Assembly: GCA_963664405.1 (NCBI GenBank)
Contig: OY761158.1
Span: 6,432,001 to 6,496,000 of the forward strand
Length of the DNA: 64,000 nt
Direction of reading: 5' to 3'
DNA from: Thermoanaerobaculia bacterium
Lineage (GTDB): Bacteria; Acidobacteriota; Thermoanaerobaculia; Multivoradales; Multivoraceae
Shown here piece by piece: positions 62,707 through 64,000 of this stretch. Positions within the stretch are counted from its first letter, which is position 1, and the number at the start of each line of letters is the position of its first letter. The notes under the pieces were generated by a model. It ran no database searches and was not told the DNA's origin. It saw nothing but the letters and a program-made list of their open reading frames with translations. The position numbers and the translations under genes were made by a program.

Positions 62707-64000
62707 ATGAAGAAGACGATCTTGCTTGGTACTCGCTCAGACGGCTCTCGGGTCGTCTTTCCGGAGCGTCTGCGACAGCGCCACTGTCAGGTAATCGGGG
62801 CTTGAGAGTGAGCACGATAATCGATGGGAATGTTGGCCATTCTGAGCACGGTAGGTGAGGGAAGGGTGTTTGGTCCCTCAAGTAGTGTGCTCAAGACTAG
62901 GTCCGTCGGCATCATCCCCGCCGAAGGCGGGCCGTCGGGGCCTGACGCGCAGTCCATACTTGTTCTTTCGCTGATCACGCTGAACGAGGGCTGACACGCA
63001 GCGATGGGATGAACGGCACGCTATCTGATGGGCGATCGAGGCGGTTCGCCGAGCTTCCATCGCGCTTGGGCCCCTGGTTGCGCCCTCAGATACCTTGAAC
63101 GGAACACCCATTCCCACCAGACAACGTGATCGGGTTTCCTCGAATCGCCATCAAATACTGTGAACAAGACCGTCTGAGGCAAGTGGCAGCGAAACGCAGC
63201 TTCGGCTAAGTCCTTCAAAAGGCTACGCGACCATCACTTATCGTGATCGGACCGCCATCGATTATCGTGCTCACTCTCAGCTCCGGGAAAAGGTAAATCG
63301 AAACTGCTCGAGCTGATGATCCGTAGAGACATCCTCAACGGCACCGGCACGCTCTTACTTGATCCCCACGGATCGCTGTACGACGACATTGTGCGCTGGG
63401 GAGCGGCCGCCGGTCTCATCCCAGAGATGGAGAATGTTCTCCTCTTCGAGCCCAGAGACGAAGACTTTCTCTTTGGCTTCAACCCCCTCAAACTCGACGG
63501 GCTGAGCCGCTCTCAAAGAGAAGACGCTCTTGCAGCGATGGTGCGCGCAATCGGGCAGCTCTGGGGACACGTGGATTTCACTAATACCCCAACGCTCAAC
63601 CGCGGCCTTCCGCTCATTGTCTACACCTTGTGGGCCAAAGGGCTCACCCTCCGTGAGGGTTCAGAGCTCTGTCAGCGCGGTGATCTGCAGCGCTGGGCTT
63701 CAACCGACCTTCCCGACGAGAGTTACCGGCAGGACTGGGAGTATCTGCACTCGCTCACGGATAAAGAGCTCCGCGACGAAATGCGGAGCACCTACAGCCG
63801 CTTCATACCTTTCCGGCAGAACTCGCTGGTGCGCGGCATGGTGACCCAGACCGCTCACTACCTCGACTTCAAGCGCGTGATGGACGACGGTGGTGTGGTA
63901 CTCATCAACCTCGCCAAACTCTCGGAGGACAACAAACGCATCCTCGGCGTGCTCATGATGAACGACATCTTCACCCGAGGACTGCAGCGCGAAGCCGACG
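62707..64000 (+). pseudogene. Second VirD4/TrwB-like ATPase, split within Walker A by element copy C (3' end beyond window)
   Basis: MKKTILLG...RHCQVIGA | PGKGKSKLLE...LLLDPHGSL...GFNPL; removing the insert and one GCT restores GAPGKGKS. Confidence 0.88.
62803..63279. mobile_element. TG...CA non-autonomous element, copy C (477 bp)
   Basis: Same TIRs as copy B and apparently identical interior; 3-bp flanking duplication GCT. Confidence 0.92.

Larger units (their letters stand above)
51639..64000. mobile_element. Integrated plasmid-like element/genomic island (right end beyond window)
   Basis: Integrase converging on ftsY, att-like repeats, rep plus iterons, two coupling-protein-like ATPases, IS and MITEs, visibly more AT-rich stretches. 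Confidence 0.85.

Noticed and set aside
62885-62960. Group I intron P7-like pairing (GGACTG/TAGTCT on the minus strand) inside the element, suggesting an IStron
   Set aside because: No convincing P4-P6 core or terminal G at a splice junction, copy A alters the key pair, and the orientation is antisense to the two interrupted ATPases
63021-63218. 65-aa ORF (MKDLAEAAFRC...) inside each 477-bp element
   Set aside because: TTG start; copy A differs mostly by amino-acid-changing substitutions and a frameshift, so no sign of coding constraint

Overview
GC-rich bacterial chromosome segment (taxon not determinable from the sequence alone). Bases 1-51638 are core genome: the 3' part of valS, a protein quality-control block (msrB, arfB, lon, hflX, thioredoxin, rhodanese, CIRCE-regulated groES-groEL, hsp20), nicotinamidase, a HAL2/CysQ-like phosphatase, nadE, rnd, an extended MoxR/BatABCDE operon headed by a TlpA-BatD-like fusion, mtaB, fabI, a GspE/PilB ATPase, proBA, hisS-aspS-aroB, an HD-GYP protein and ftsY. 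Just after the ftsY stop begins an integrated plasmid-like element that runs off the window end. It carries a tyrosine integrase, att-like arm repeats, a RepA_C-type initiator with 22-bp iterons, two VirD4/TrwB-like ATPases and a multi-SH3 membrane protein. The most striking signals are two families of small non-autonomous elements. (i) A 477/478-bp TG...CA element occurs three times within 10 kb. It caps repA and splits both ATPase genes, one copy holds a nested IS256, and its non-coding interior has many crossing long-range complementarities (candidate structured-RNA cargo). (ii) A 244/256-bp CTAG-flanked palindromic element sits at TAG stop codons, and one copy is an open in-frame 84-codon insertion at the start of batC. 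hflX probably starts at a non-canonical ATT. All calls come from reading motifs by eye; no database search or folding program was run.
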